From Daphnia carinata (Eukaryota), in NCBI RefSeq assembly GCF_022539665.2, contig NC_081333.1, forward strand, positions 11,532,001 through 11,596,000: 64,000 nt of DNA, read 5' to 3'. Positions 47,340 to 62,232 of this stretch are shown here, in pieces (within the stretch, counting starts at the first letter, position 1; every line of letters begins with the position of its first letter). Both the position numbers and the translations under genes were made by a program. The notes below the pieces were generated by a model. That model was not told the origin of the DNA. It saw nothing but the letters and a program-made list of their open reading frames with translations, and did not search any database.

Positions 47340-50300
47340 GTCGAAGATCAGGCTATTACTTGCTTCTGAAAACCGTTCGAAATACACGTAATGTTTTAGA
47401 AGGACCTATCCAACAGCACCTTGTTACAACATTCAAACTTTAAACAAATTAAGCTTGCAATGACAACTTTGGCAAGTGCAAAGGGATTGATCTCGTTAGG
47501 ATGCTTCGGTCCTTATATAGAATCCACTGGTCGGGCATTCATATCGGGAGGTGGGCCTTTTTAAATGGGCGTGATCGGCCCACTTTTGTCATTGTCTGTC
47601 ATTCTCCATTGTCCTAGTGAGCGAGAATAATATGGTCCTTTGCTTTGGCACGAGCCATCGTTTTGGAAAAAACCACACGTTAGCGTTGTCGATCCCGTGA
47701 TTCGCTTTGCCCAAACGTCCCACATTCTAAGCATCTGCTTCAAGATTAGTCATCACCCGAAATCAAAATGTAGTGGCGTGCCGCTTATTTGATCACAAAG
47801 AATCGTTCACTCAATTCACGCATACAGTACGTTTGTAGCTTTTCACGTCCCGCATAAAAGCAAGTTAACGTTAGGCCTGAATCTATCTGCAGAATTTGAA
47901 AAATTTGAAATTCCATTTCATACTAATAGTTGTTACTTATTGAATTGACCAAAAGCAAAAATGCATAATCGTGACTAGTCACGGGACGACTCACGAGCCC
48001 ATTAATAAAAACGAACGAATCATGATGGCGCAATATTAGATGATCACGTGAGTGTGGCGGAATGGACCACTAATCGACAACATCCGATTGCGATGATAAA
48101 TTTCGGGATTATTTTATGGGCTTTATGGAAGGTAAAAGCTAGGGCCTTTTCAACCGAATGTAATTCGCAATACAGATGAATCTTTTTAAAGTCTCACTTT
48201 TCTGCCCATTAAAATCTGCAGCAAGACTTTCGTTTCTATCTTAGAAAATGGGAGTAATTGTCGATTCTTGTAGAATAATAATTCTTTAAAGAGGTTAGGG
48301 ATGCGCAGCTGATTGTCGGTATAACCGAGGGTAACGTGACTGATTGAAAGTTGACATACTCAGACAAATTTAAAATCATGGGGACTTTCGAGCAATGAAA
48401 ACTCTTCTTATGTGATGAGAATTTTCATGTATTGCATCAAAGTGTTCGAGTTCCGTGTCCCACCAGCTAAGATAAACACATGACTGCCGTTTGGTAACTG
48501 GAAAACATTTGAGTTTGTTTAACCCATACTAAACAGGTCGGTCAGATTGTGACGTCAACGCAACTCGGTACAGCTATTTGATTGAATAACTTATATTACC
48601 TTGATGGTTATTGAAGAAGCTATAAGTAGTGTCTCCGTTTGTACAAATCCTAGCTGGTGCTCCTAATGTTTTTTTTATTCAATAGGAGCAAAACACTATG
48701 TCAAAAAAATGCCACTCATGATTATTGAGGAGTCGCTGGTCTCGCGCGTGTTAAATAATTTTTCACGCTCGCTTCTCTGTTAAGGATTTTTATTAAGAAG
48801 GAAAAAAAAATCAAGCATTAACGATCTCTTTCCTCTCGTATGAATCCGATGGTCATTTGGAGAACTAAATGCGTGTCCTTGCATAATGTGATGCTTTGTT
48901 GCGTGCTCATAATTTGTTGTGAAGTTTCAGCGACCTTTTTACAGCCTTTGCAGGCATGAGCTGAAATTTTCTTTCCGTTTTACCCAGTTTTCAATAGCTA
49001 GAGGCTGGCTAAGGTCTGCCATGTACCCAAGTAATTTTAATGGCGTTTTCCTGCTCTATATGAACAGAAAATAAACCAAAAAAAAAATGTTCCGCTTACA
49101 TGTCGAGATGCTTAGCGCAGGGCTCTTGCTTCTTCCCTTTTCTATGAACGTTGGATGAATAATATTGATTCGTAAAATTTATCATCCAACCTGCAGTATA
49201 TCTTACGACGAGTTTGCCAATGAAAGAGTTTGGTAGCGGAATTTGTCCGTTACGAACCCACGCCTTCCATTCGCCATGTTGGAGAACTTGAAGGCAGTTG
49301 ACATCCTCATCAACGTTTAAATACCGAAGACTACAAGTGGGAAAGGATCGCTGTATGAGAATATTACAAACATGTGGCGAAAATTCCACATTTTAAAGCG
49401 CTTATTAAGTTATTAAATCCGGTTCCGTCTCAGTCATACGTCTCCTGCTTGACATTGAACCAGACGTCCGGTGTCTATTTGCTAGTACATGGGTTCTTAA
49501 GAGTCATCATTCCACAATGCAGTTCATACATTAATCCTTTTTTTATATATACTTTAGAACTACGTGTATTGAATTTGGTTGAAAAACTTCATAGCATCCT
49601 ATCTTCACTGAACCGGTCAGTAGCAAACATACAAACATAATAGAATGCTTCAGTTATGGATAAAAAAGACGTGTGGATACATCTGTTACTACATTTTAAT
49701 GTTATAAAAAGATTTTAGTCCTTTCTTAGATCCTTAAGCGGAAGTTCTACGTACTAAAACGTTTTTGGGAAAAATGGCTACAGTAATTATCCCCCCCCCC
49801 ATTAATTATGTATTGCTGATTTGAGCACGTAGCACCCTTATGGACAGCAATTCCTCTTTACAGGTGCGCCTAGCTGTACAAAATTCGGTTTCTGATGACA
49901 ACAGCATGTGAGGGGTTTTTCGTTTTTGGCAAATATAAGGAAATGGATGACAAAGGACAATCGACAAGGACAGATTGATCTGATAAGAATCGTGAGTTTA
50001 AGTCTATTTTCCCTTCGTCGTCGTCCATCGTTTGTCATGTTTACAACCATTTGCTGGGAAAAAAATTAAGGCTACACACGCGATAAATAAATTTTCTCTA
50101 TGGTCAAGTACATTCAATCACCTGGCGCGTGTATGTTGCCTGCGTCCACTTTTTTTGTTTCGTCATGAGCTACACAGCAACAGCTTTCTACGCAAATCAC
50201 ATCGCCTTCGATTAAAACTCGTTCAAGACCAACAACAGTAATAGCAAAAATTACAATATCAACAGCACATTGAAACACGTCACAATCGCCTTCCCGCTCG

Positions 50301-50546
50301 TTCCGGACTAAACTGGAATGGACAAAAGAGCAATTTTGCTCGCCTTTTTTTTTCTAAGTTAACGTATTACGTACGTCTTTATTCGATTACTTCTTTGATT
50401 ACGAACTTGTAGTGTTAAAAAAGAGGAAGTCAACCAACCCACAATCACCTTTTTTTTTTAACGTAAGGGAAAACAAAAACGTAACAGATATAGGGCGCAG
50501 TGATAATTACATACTAATATCCTGACGATGCGGAAAGTAAATGGAT

Positions 50547-53500
50547 CTATTTCTCTCTACGCCGATTGTTGCGACAAGTCGGTTTATTCTCCTGTATGCA
50601 AGTGGAAGCCGGAAGCACGTTGCCAATGTTAACTGTCTTCCACACACCTGCGTTCAATTGAAAATTGTAGAAAGCATAGCATCTTACGGTTGTATATGTT
50701 CGCACACTTACCACTTCGGTTAACTTCCTCGGAAATGTTCATAGCTTTGGCACCTCCACTAGCGGTTCCACCAGCAGTTGAACTGTCTACAGGAATGTTC
50801 ATAATGTTGCCATTCGGTAGTTGAATTTGAAAGTTTTTGCCACTAGGACTGCTGTAGTCAGTCATCTGTATTTGACTGACTGCGGCAACATTTGTCCCGC
50901 CCGCCTGCGTGAATTAGAAACGTTCAAATGTTATCCATATTTTTATAAAAATTTTAATTTCTAATTAATCTAAAATGAAAGCGTGCGGTACTAGATTGGT
51001 TACTTCTTCGTCTTCATCTTCTTCTTTGTGCTTCGTGTGGATCTCGGGCATCAAATCGTCCAGCACTTTCAATTCGTACTTGGTGAAAATGAAATCAAGT
51101 GATTTGCGAACGCCAATCATAACCACCAACTGTTGTAAAATTATTTATAGAAAATTGTATTAGTAGATCGTGAGGGACAATTTCGTTTACCATCAGGGGG
51201 AAAGCGATGGAGATGGCGTTGATCTCTTTGACGGCCCACAGAAGAATGAAACAAAGCAACTGAATGAAGGTGAACAGGTGGACGCGGCGTAGAGTCACTT
51301 TACGGAGATAGATATGATCCGGTTGGTATTTAGTGGGCATGAAAAGGAGCAACAGTCGATCGTAGAATTGCATATCAGCCAACGGAGACGTTCCCATGTA
51401 CAAGAATACTCCAAACAGTACAGGCATCGGAATATAAGTCAGAATGGGGGTCATAAACACGGATAGGCCGATCATCGTAGAAATCATAATCAAAGTCACT
51501 CTCTGTTCCCTAAAAATGGCGACAGGTTTAATATTAGTAAAATGTTTTGTGTTACGTCTGTTAGCTGCTGTTACTTGACTCCCAAAAACTGAGGTTTCTC
51601 GCCCGGTGCGGCGCATTCTGTTTGCAGTTTTAGGGCGTTGACGTGATTGATAGAAAGGACTGTAGCGGCCACAAACCACGGAAGTCCCATAATTGATTTG
51701 ATGATGATTAAAATGGCCAACACGAACAAATCCAGATGATAGCCACACCCTTTCTGTCATTATAATATGATAAAATCAATTGAAAATTCAAGGTGTTCAA
51801 TGATTTTTGGAATGGCGTTTATACTTTGAGCTTGTTTTCACGGCGATTGACAATGACGGCAGTGATTTGTTGATCCATAAAAATGAGAATGGTAGCCAGC
51901 ATTGCAGGAGCTACAGCGGCCGGAATGGTCCACCACGGATTGTTGAATGGCGACACGACCCAACCGCGCCCTTCCCATGTCGGTTTGAATTCGTCCGGCA
52001 CGATTAGCTTTGGTGTTCGAACGCCGGCCATCGCGTCCATCAGAGACATGGAGCAAATGGTAATGAAGACACCAAAATCACTAATCACTTGCCGCACCTA
52101 TCAAAACACCTTATCATTACAGTTAAGTTCGGTAAGAAATAATCTGTTGCTTTACGCTGTTTGGGAAGAAATTGGTCCGTTTCATGTTCTTCAGTGTAAC
52201 ACAGAGGAAGTAGGTCGAAACGCATAGAATAATCGACATCAAAAAGACTGAAAATGCAATTGAAAATTTCCAAATACAATCACTAGAATGCAAATTGATG
52301 TTTTTCTTTACCGTTCGGGTACCAAGGCTTGTTGATGAGATGACAATCTGTTCCTTCTAGAGTTCCATTGTAAACCTGAAAGTAAATCGCTACTATTGAC
52401 CAAAAGAAATCGACAAATGATTAAGGGCAATAACAAACCGATTGGCATTCTTGCCAAGAAATTTCCGACCAGGTGAAACTCATGTCGTCTCGATCAACGG
52501 AAGAATTGGACGGCAAACAGCGGCAATCGCTGATGACTGGTGGGTTCATCGGATACTTGTTACCAATCGAAATCACTTTCTCTATGGCCTGAAAACAATT
52601 TCATTTCATATCCACGTCAACAATGAGCGCATCTGTTTTTTTGTTTACCTTGTAAATGAAAATGGTGGCAATTAGAAGGGCAAAGTTTTCTTCGGTAAAT
52701 CGGGTGATGTAGCAAACAATAGCCGAGGCGTCGATAGCAACCAATATGAGCAAGATCAGTGCGATCCACATGCCTATCCAGAAGCGCAGACCCAAATAAT
52801 CCAGCTCATATTTCCTGTGGGTTGTTCCGAAAATCAATAACGAGTTTCGAGGGGTTAGAAGTACCGTACTTCGTTTTGCGGTGCAACTTCATCTTACTTG
52901 CAAAAATCGTAGAGAATGTTCTCAAAGACGAGGACGGGACCAGTTGAACCGAGAATGGTGAGAGGTTGGCCAGAAAAGATGCCGTAAATAATTCCGCAGA
53001 GAAATCCTGAGCACAGGGACTCCATGGTGCCAAGACGATTCTCGGTGGCATCACCAAGCAATCCACCAAACGTGATCAAGGGTGTGAGGCAGGCAAAGTA
53101 GAGGAAGGTGAAAGCCGCTAGACATTGGATCGACATGGCATCCTTGTAATCTGACCAATACCACGGCAATTTCCGTTTGACATCATTGATCAATCCACCG
53201 AATAATCTTCCCGTGCGATATAGACCAGAAGTTTCTCGCACTTTACTTTCCTCCTCCTCTTCATTCACTTCTTCCTTGTTCTTCTCAGGGAATTTTCTCA
53301 TACTCTGCTCATGTTTAAAGGAACTCGTTATGTCGATGGCAACATGAAAGAAACACTGCCACACATACCTGAGATGGAATGGCAGCCGGTGGTTCAATAC
53401 GGATCCTGTTAAAAAGAGAAATGCTCCATCATTTAACTGCCTCGATTATTCCGCGATTGACTATTACTGAGGATCCCATTCGCCAGGCGGCAAGATGGTG

Positions 53501-56500
53501 ACGGCATCCATGAACTCGTCGATACCGGCCAAGAGATGGTCGCGGTTCTTGGCTCGGTAGGCCACTTCATGGAACACCTCATCCGACATCAACGTGGCCA
53601 TCGCTCTGCCCACTTCGTGATAACTCGCTTGTCCTCCCTAAACAAATCCGTTTTTATTGTTTTGTTGTGACAAAAAGGAAGGAAGTAGATAGACTGAGAA
53701 TGGATCGATGGAGCACGAACACGAAGTTGTGCTATTTCTATACAACCGTTCTAAGAGATTTATGTTTCTTCCCGGTGGGTTGCCATAGAGATGTCAAGAG
53801 ACAGAAAGAGGGAAACCAACAGAAAAAAGAAAACTAACATGAAAGAGACGAAATACTTACCACTGGTCCTAGAAGTATGAAAATGAAACGAGTCGGAACT
53901 GGAACTTCTGTCAAATCGCCCAAAACGACCGGCTGGACCAGTCTGATGAACGCCGAAACAGGTTTTTCAAGACAATCTACTTCTCCCACCAATACATTCG
54001 AGGCTTCGGCTCCCGGTGGAATCTTTTTCAAGAACGACGTATTGCCCTATTTTGCCACACATGAAATAGAAAAGAATTTTAAGCAACGTTATAATAGCTA
54101 CTAGTCTATCATATAAGTTACTTTGTGAACGTCCCCATTGCCCATGTCTTTCTCACTGGCGTTGCGGAGCATCGAAGCGGCGCTGGGACTTGCAGCCATA
54201 TTGGCATGACTTTGAGATGCGGTGCCTGGCGAGACCCAAGAGTGCACATCCATCAGCAGCAGGAGAACGATGACATGTAGGAGAAAATAACAATAGCTTT
54301 TATTACAACATGTGTTGATCACTCGACCTTTTTTCTTTTTAAATCGTAGTTGTTCATTTTGGCATTTTTGGACTGATTGAGATATAATACTACAATGCCA
54401 TTCGCTAACAATGTAGGTAACACGAAACGAACACGACTAGTGTTGTTCAGACGAATGGCTAAACTATTTATCCCAACTACTCCAATGATAATCATAACAT
54501 GCCATGCCTTGCATCTATCGCTATTGCGTGGATGCGTGTTTCACGTTACCATGCTGTTATTTTGTCCATCGGTGTCTAAGTGTATGAACAATCTGTCCAA
54601 TAAGGGGCTGATATTCGAGAGGAGTAATGACGAATTAGATTGGGAAACATGCAGGGATGTCTGTGGTAAATTCGATATTTTTACATCGAAAGATAATGGC
54701 ACACAGAGTAGGAAACGAACTAATCAATAATTTGGGTGCACGATATGAAGGACCTTTTGCACGTGGGACGATGACGTATCGATCGAGCTGTCATCCGTTA
54801 GATCTATGACGAACGATGCAGGGCGAAAAAACTGTTATGTTTCCCTTAACTGAGGCTTGAATTATGAAGATGTTAACGATGACAGTGACATGTTGATGCC
54901 GATGAAGTTCTATCCACCTTTTCTTGGCCCATAACTTTTTCTTGTTATTAGATTTAGGTCGAACCTTTGCCCGGTAGTGTTATTAGGGTTTCCGTTCGGT
55001 ATTAATAAGCTCAAATCAAATGCACGTGCTTGGCGTTCGAGCAGAATGGTTAATTGATTGCCAATCGTGTTGATGTTTATGCGCAAGATCAAATAATATG
55101 GGGGTGGAATTTATTACCCGCCCACGATGCCCGTCTATCGGATGGAAGGGCAAGGAACGGCTTGTCCGGTTTGTCTGATTGATGATGCCTAAAATTACTG
55201 GCCACTGGCACTAGATGTTCCAACAAAAGGATATCGTTTCCGTCGTGGCTATCGGCAGCCGTTAGCGTCACCTTAATTGGTGTCATTGACGTCATCGATT
55301 CGTCCATCAGGAGCGAACCTAATCAATTTTGATAGGGCGTCGCGCCCAAGTTGGTTTGATTCAATCAAAACTTTCTTTTTTTTTGGCTTCTCCTGGTCAT
55401 AATGACGTGCATCAACTAAATAGAAATTCGGTTTGTCCAGTCATAATGAAAAAGCTATTCTACACATTGAAGGTTTGTAAGGAAGCGGGGTCGTCAATCG
55501 CGAAGATTTGAAATGAAAGACATAGAATATTTGGGAAGATGATGGCACCAGCACCTGACGGTACGTTCAAACAGGAGTCGGGCGACGGCATTTGTTTCTT
55601 GGCAGCGACGGTGGACGACGGCGTCACCTGTTCGGGATCCTCTTCGGCGATGTCGTTGTTACTTTTCGTCAATGAACGTTTGGCCGAGATCGGATGTTGG
55701 TGGTGAGGGTATGAGAGTGGGTCTAAGTCCATACACATAGGTTGGGTTTCGTCGTTTTCAAAACAGTGAAGGGTAAATGAAATTTGACGTGTTCGATAAA
55801 ATACGTGGGAACTGCTGCTAATTTAAACAAACAGTGTGGGGGGGTTTTGAACAAATCCAACTAAATGGCAAACACTTGGCGAATGTAACCATCGTTTAAT
55901 ATTGAGCGGTATATGGTGGGTTTGTGTGGTTCTAGAGGCGTTCCACTGGCCAAATGTCAATTGCTCTTCAAACTATTAGACCGCACAAACTGAGTTCTTA
56001 CAGAGCACAGACAGGTAATATTCAAATCAAGCAACGGTTTACGTCTTTTTTAAAGGAGGTTATGGTTCGGTTAGTCTCGTTTTATTACTGGAGTTCCTCT
56101 CTGCTTTTAAAGGTACCTTCGTGATATTTATTTTTAGGGACGCTTATGGTCCTCTTTACGATTACTCTGAGGGTAGTTTAGTTAATAAATAATTGTGGGC
56201 CGTAACTAAACTAAACACGCATAGATATGGTCAGGGATCATAAACGATCTTTGTGTGTCGGTTATTCTATTGTTAATATACCGAGGCGAAATCACGGTAC
56301 TTACTTCGCGATGTTGAATAGTTTCGGCCAATGTCGGCCAGCGAGCGGATAATGGGCAGTTTGGCTGCGCTGTTTTGCTCCTTGTTCTTCTCGTAGAGAT
56401 GACGATGGCGCCTGAGCAGAGCTTCACGAACCTTTGTTCCAATTGTTTAGAAATTTCAATTTAATACTGCCACTCTTAAAAGTGTGTCGCGTTTACACTT

Positions 56501-57991
56501 ACCCTGTCCTTGGCATTGAAGGGAAGATGTCCAGAATTAGCCATCATGTCAATAGTAAGATCTGTGATCTGGACGAGTGTCTGAGCATCAGCGTCCAAAA
56601 GGACGGGTCCGTTGAGCAAGAGGCTGCGGAGCTCAAAGAGCGAATGTAGTGACAAAGTGGCTACGTGAGGCTTCGACCAACGGCTACCACCTTCTTCTAC
56701 ATCCTCCTCGAACTTGACCCAACTAAATTTCACACCCAAAAAACATTATGGCATATGTCCATCGAAAGTTTTGCTGTTAAACTTCTTCTACTAACCGCGC
56801 AGTTTCGTTCCACTCGACTTCACCGGCGTCGTGGTTGTAGCAGAGCTCCTCCATCTCGGAGAACAGCGGATGAGATTCGTGAGTCCCATCGTCACCATCA
56901 GCTTCTTCTCCCAAGATGAACTGGACACGCTGAGAAGGCGGTATAGCAGCTAAAAATTTGGAATTATGATTTAAAAGAAAAACTAAACTAAAGACGATCA
57001 AACGATTTACAATTATCAGCCGGCGAAGCCTCTTCAGCTATGCCAGGTTGATGCTGATGACGATGGTGATGCCGGTGTCGTCGATGATGTGAAGAGCGCC
57101 GCTTGTTCCCGCTGGAAGGAACGTGAACACCCACGTACATCGTATGAGCTCGATGGCCTAAAAGAGTGTTTGCGTAACGTGAGATTCGATGAAAGACGCT
57201 ACATCAGAAATGTTTGCCTATTCTTTAGCGAACTTCCACTCACAAAGTCGAGTTTTTAATCTACACTTCGTGTAAATGTTAAAACCATGTTCAGTGCGAG
57301 TGACACAGTAGTTGAAGGATATAAAGTAAACAACAGAAACGAGAAAATAGGGAAAAAGGAAACAATCTGGCTTGACACGGGATTTTGGCTCTTGTCCCAA
57401 ATGGAGGTTGTCGGTTTTCCTGATTGTTTTCCTTTTCATTTCCATTCCTTTTATATCTTTCTGTTTGATTTCAGTTCTTGTTCTCTTTCTTTTGGCAACC
57501 TCATATTCCTCTTCCTCAGCTTCTTTTTCGGGCGTTTCTCTCGATCGAGCAATTGTTTCAATTATTTGATCGATAGGGCAAAAGGAACAAGACCGTATCT
57601 ATAAGGATTAAACGAATTTCATGGCATAGCTGAATTGTTAAGTTCGAATACTCAATCATCAATATCTTCAGCTGCGTCTGTATATGACTGTCCTGCCGAT
57701 CAATACATAGGTATGTATTGGTAGTGAAGGGCCAACCAATGGCAGTGCCAGACGAAAGACGTGACTTTTGTTCTGATCGATTATCGACCAACGGTTTCGA
57801 TGTCTTTTGATGTTGGTCATCTCGACTATCGAAATCACTCGCTGTTGCGGAAAGAGAGATATCAATTTCCTTTTTTTTTTACCTTCGTAATCCTTTTCTG
57901 TGTAGGATTGGTGACAGTTGGATGCTATTCCAGGATCTTTTGGGGCATCTCCTGCTCCTGTCCGAGGAACGGGTAACGGCGATTCATCCAT
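50547..57991 (-). CDS. SLC4 Na+-coupled bicarbonate transporter (NDAE1/NBC/NDCBE-like); C-terminal exon(s) uncertain
   Basis: [97 protein letters not shown] and [13 protein letters not shown]. Confidence 0.95.
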
Positions 57992-60900
57992 GGCGAATGT
58001 AGCTTAGCACTAACTTCCTTCAAAATCCTATTGAAAGGAAAAAAGAATTTAAATGCGAACGGAATTTGTACAATAACCCATTTTTTTTTTCATTTTCATA
58101 GACGTGAGATGTATGGGCAAGGCGACCTTTTAGCTGGAATATAACAAGGGCTTCTCATTCTGACTGCGCATTGCCTCCCTCCGTTAACCGTGTGCAGGAT
58201 TATAGAAAATGCGCCCAACGGCCTTAAGAGCCGTGCACGTCTAGGTATCATTGTCGGCTTTCCACGTCATTCGATCGACAAATCGATAATGCCAATTCAG
58301 TTCCCAATCCCATTTTAGACGCCATAGCCACACGGTGGATTCACTGGAATACAAGATTTTGGGAAAAATGAAATAAACGTAAAACGAATGTGGTCCGATC
58401 TCGGGAGAATCCCGTCGATAAATTTATCACGTTGCTAAAATAGCCAATTTCTGAGGTTTCACTGAAAGAATCTAGTCTTTATTTCCAAGCTCTTTGACCA
58501 ACGTAAGCGTAGACACCAAAGATAAACGGAAACACGCACAAAAAAAATCTGAACGATTCGTTGGAATAAACCAAGTTCGACACAGGCCCCCATTTGTTAT
58601 AATGATGGGGAACCACAAACTATAGCCAACGCTCATTTTAACCGTCAGAAAAGTTGTACTCTATTTAGTTATACGTATAAGGAAGTGCCGTTGTTTACAA
58701 ACGCCATCAAGAATAAACCACAAACGAGCAATTTTTGTCCAATTTTTGTGCCCCCTTTCTTTATAGCGTTATTTCTAGAATAAAAGTTTCCTGGTTGCTG
58801 TCATCGCCTTTCCCAATTTATAGCCTTGCCCAGCACCAAGTGCTACGAGGAAAATGTTGATAGACTTATGTCAATGAAATCGCGTTATCTTTCCAATCGG
58901 CGACCTTATTGAACTCTGTGGAATTGTGTAGGTGCTAGGATTGTTACTAGGGCAATCTCGCAGATCAAGCGATAACAAGAGTTTGGTGGACGGAGGAGAA
59001 GAAGCATAAGAGTAAGATCGAATATCTGATAACCTCACGTCTCATCCAAAACTCAAATAAATGCTGAAGATGCGGCTTACGTAAGTCTGCGACGACAATA
59101 GAAGAGCGCGAAAAGACATCGATTGGCAAGAAAGTGCAATTTCCTGTGCCTGAATCCGCGGTTTGAGAACCGGATTTAGCACCCTACGCCAACCGCTATA
59201 TAAATGGAGGCAAGTCGAGTTCTATTCGGGCTGGGCGGCCAGCGTATATAAACACAGATCAATACGAAATGGTTTGAAGGGAGTATGAGAAACAGAGGGA
59301 AAAGACGAGATGCACGGCAGAGACTTATAAGCTGTATAGTGCACACACTGTGAAGAGAAGGTGTATAGTGAAAAGGTTAGGGAATCCACTTGACTGGGAC
59401 ATTCACCGCCATGCAGATGGCTCCCGTAACTCTTTGTAAAACATTAAAGTTTTTCATTGCAAATTTCTGAATTAATTTTCGCTGCTTTGCTATTGCAGAT
59501 TTCTGCTGCGGATCAATCATCAATAAAAATACCTACTGTAACTATGCCACATTGAATATAGAAATCAGAGGGATATTGTAAAATGGAGACGTTTCAGAGA
59601 GAGGTTATTCAAACAATGCGAAATGTTTTGCACCTTAGTTTGCCGATAAAACGAGGATGTTGTTGTTTCTCGGAGATTTGGGCTGATCGTCTTTTTCAAT
59701 GGTCCGTTGACAAGTCGATACGGGCCATGAAACTGATTCCACAGCGCTATGTTCGTGGGAGAAGATTTAAAATAATCCGGTTCGGCGGTGCCGCCGTTGC
59801 AGAATCGTTGCACAACTTTCGTAGATGAAAATAAAAGCAAGTGATAATTGCCAAATGCGCAATTCAAAATAAACAATTGGGAACTGGTGACGTCTTTTTA
59901 TACTATCAGAAAGGTCGTTTTAAAAAAAGGAACAGACAAACGGAAAAAAGGAAGTAGAAGGCGCTGAAAGCCGCCTCGACGTGACAGAGTTGGAAGTCGA
60001 CTGAAGACTGACCGAGGTGGAGACGCAGCGTCGATAGGAGCTTGTGTTTACTCCGACGCTGCTACCTCCCTCCCGCCTACGAAAAGGAAAGTCCCTCCTT
60101 TCTATATATGTTCTGAACGTTCTTGTCTGTTCCGAATTTTTGTTTCTTCTTCGTGATACTCTGGAGCTGTAGGAGGGGAGGCGTAAGCAAAAACGACAGC
60201 CGGCGTAGCATCATCACACACACACCACAGACGTCGTCTCATTTGGCCTTCCTTTGAATATTTTTGGCTCTTAGTTTGTATTGGTTGTTATAATTTGTGC
60301 ATCTTTTCTTTTTTTTTCACAGCCTTTGCCCAAGCTCTGAGCTAGTGCGTATGAGTAGTCTCTGGATCTATCCACCTTGCTTTACAGCTTGTGAGCTTCG
60401 TATGGTGATTTCACGAAGAACAATTTTATCAATTCGGCATAAGTGACTGCGTTTAAATATGTGCTCGACTAATCTTTTGTTTTGTCTAAACTTGCGACGT
60501 AATGTCGATTTTTTATACGAATGTACCCCTTAAAGCGCATTTGTTGAAAGGGCACGAAATACAAAGAGATGGATTAAGACGCACTCTAAGTCTTTCTTGT
60601 TTTAAACGGAAAATCAATTGTTCCTTTTTTTTATTGTCATTACGGAGAGCTGAATTTGCTGTATGGCTTCAGATCACATGAAGGAAAAGCTTGTGCTTTC
60701 TCTGTTCGTTAATACAACGACAGAAATAACGCTTGCTGTCCAAGGAGAATGGAGAAACTATTAAAAAGAAGGAGAGAGAAAAAAAGTCCTTGTCGTGCCT
60801 TGTCTAAAGGGGAGTACCCAAGATATAACATATTGCCTTACAATGCTCGGTAAGTGTATGTCTCTACGTTTTTAATTTCAGGAGACATTCTTTTGGTACT

Positions 60901-61446
60901 AGGACAAGCACTTAATTAAATGGAAATGAAAACGACATGCAATTTCATAGGGCGGGGACATTGAACCATTTGACTTCCCGTATTAAATTGAAGAGATGTT
61001 TTGCGTGTTGGGATATTCAGTCAAAGCCCAGTGCAGCTTTGCCATCTATTTCCTAATTTAATGTCTTTTTCTTGCCTTCGTTGCAATCTCGGTTCCGTGT
61101 TGTTGCAACAGAACATGAAGGTTACATTTTCCATCGGATTACTGATAATGTTCCTTCTTTTCCATCCCTAGATGGCAGTAGGGAACAAAACAGCCAAGTA
61201 GCAGACAACATTCTTGACAGCCTGATTCTCCTAGTCCAATCCCAAACTGCCGGTCGTGCTTCAGCCTGTTAGGTAATACACAGATAGAACTAACATATTA
61301 ATCACGCACTATGAGCATTTGTTTGAAGCTAAAATCTTTTACATTTTATCGCGCAGTCATTGCCACTCGTCTCGTAAGAACAAACATTGAATCAAGAGTC
61401 AAAATGTCACAGGTACTTTCATTGAGCCTTTTGTGACGTTCGTTAT

Positions 61447-62232
61447 ATGACTTTTCTTAAAAACTAGATTGCTAATGAAGGCAAACATGAAAAAGTCCTT
61501 TTGGCATTTGACTTTGATCACACAATCATCAACGACAACAGTGACACCTATGTCACCAAGCTGGCTCCAAATGGAAAGATACCATCGGAAATAAAAGCCC
61601 TCTACAGTGATCAAGGTTGGACCCTTTTCATGTCCGAGATTTTTCGTTACCTACATTCAAACAAAACGACACCGAAACAAATTTTGGAGTGCATGACTGA
61701 AATTTCATTTTCCCCTGGGATGGTTGACCTCTTGACAACACTTGACCAAACAAAGGCTGAAGCAATTGTTATATCAGATGCAAACTATATTTTCATTGAT
61801 CATATTTTGACTTTCCATGGGCTTAAAGATAGGATCAATAAGATTTTTACAAATCCTGCCAAGTTTAACGATGAAGGACGTTTAGAGCTTGAAATGTACC
61901 ACGTCCAAGATTCCTGTTCCTTAAGTACCGTCAATCTCTGTAAAGGTCAAATTTTAGAATCCTATATCGAAGAACGAGCAAAAGAAAATGTTATTTTCAC
62001 CCATGTCGCATTTGTCGGTGACGGCCAAAATGATTTCTGTCCTAGCCTGCGACTCTCTCCTAAAGATTTTGTTTTCCCCCGAGAAGGATATTCCCTGGTC
62101 AAGTATATCGAGAGAATGAAAGCCGAACAAGGCCTTCATATCAAAGCAAACATTCACACGTGGAGCTCGGGGTTGGATATCCTAAAAGTTCTCTCTGAAA
62201 AAGTCCCATTGCTTGTCCAGCCAAACTCGTGA
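61447..62232 (+). CDS. PHOSPHO1/PHOSPHO2-like HAD phosphatase (pyridoxal phosphate/phosphoethanolamine phosphatase), intronless CDS
   Basis: HAD motif I FDFDHTII.DNSD, ISDAN..FI, IFTNPA, NLCKG and VGDGQNDFCP. An in-frame ATG at 61447 lies upstream of the ORF-track start. Confidence 0.93.

Noticed and set aside
51807..52947. Plus-strand ORFs overlapping SLC4, and similar antisense ORFs over other genes
   Set aside because: These are shadow frames of real coding exons with no independent coding signal.
2635..62232. Vitamin B6 gene cluster (PLPBP plus PHOSPHO2-like)
   Set aside because: The genes are ~58 kb apart with many unrelated genes between them, which is most likely coincidence.
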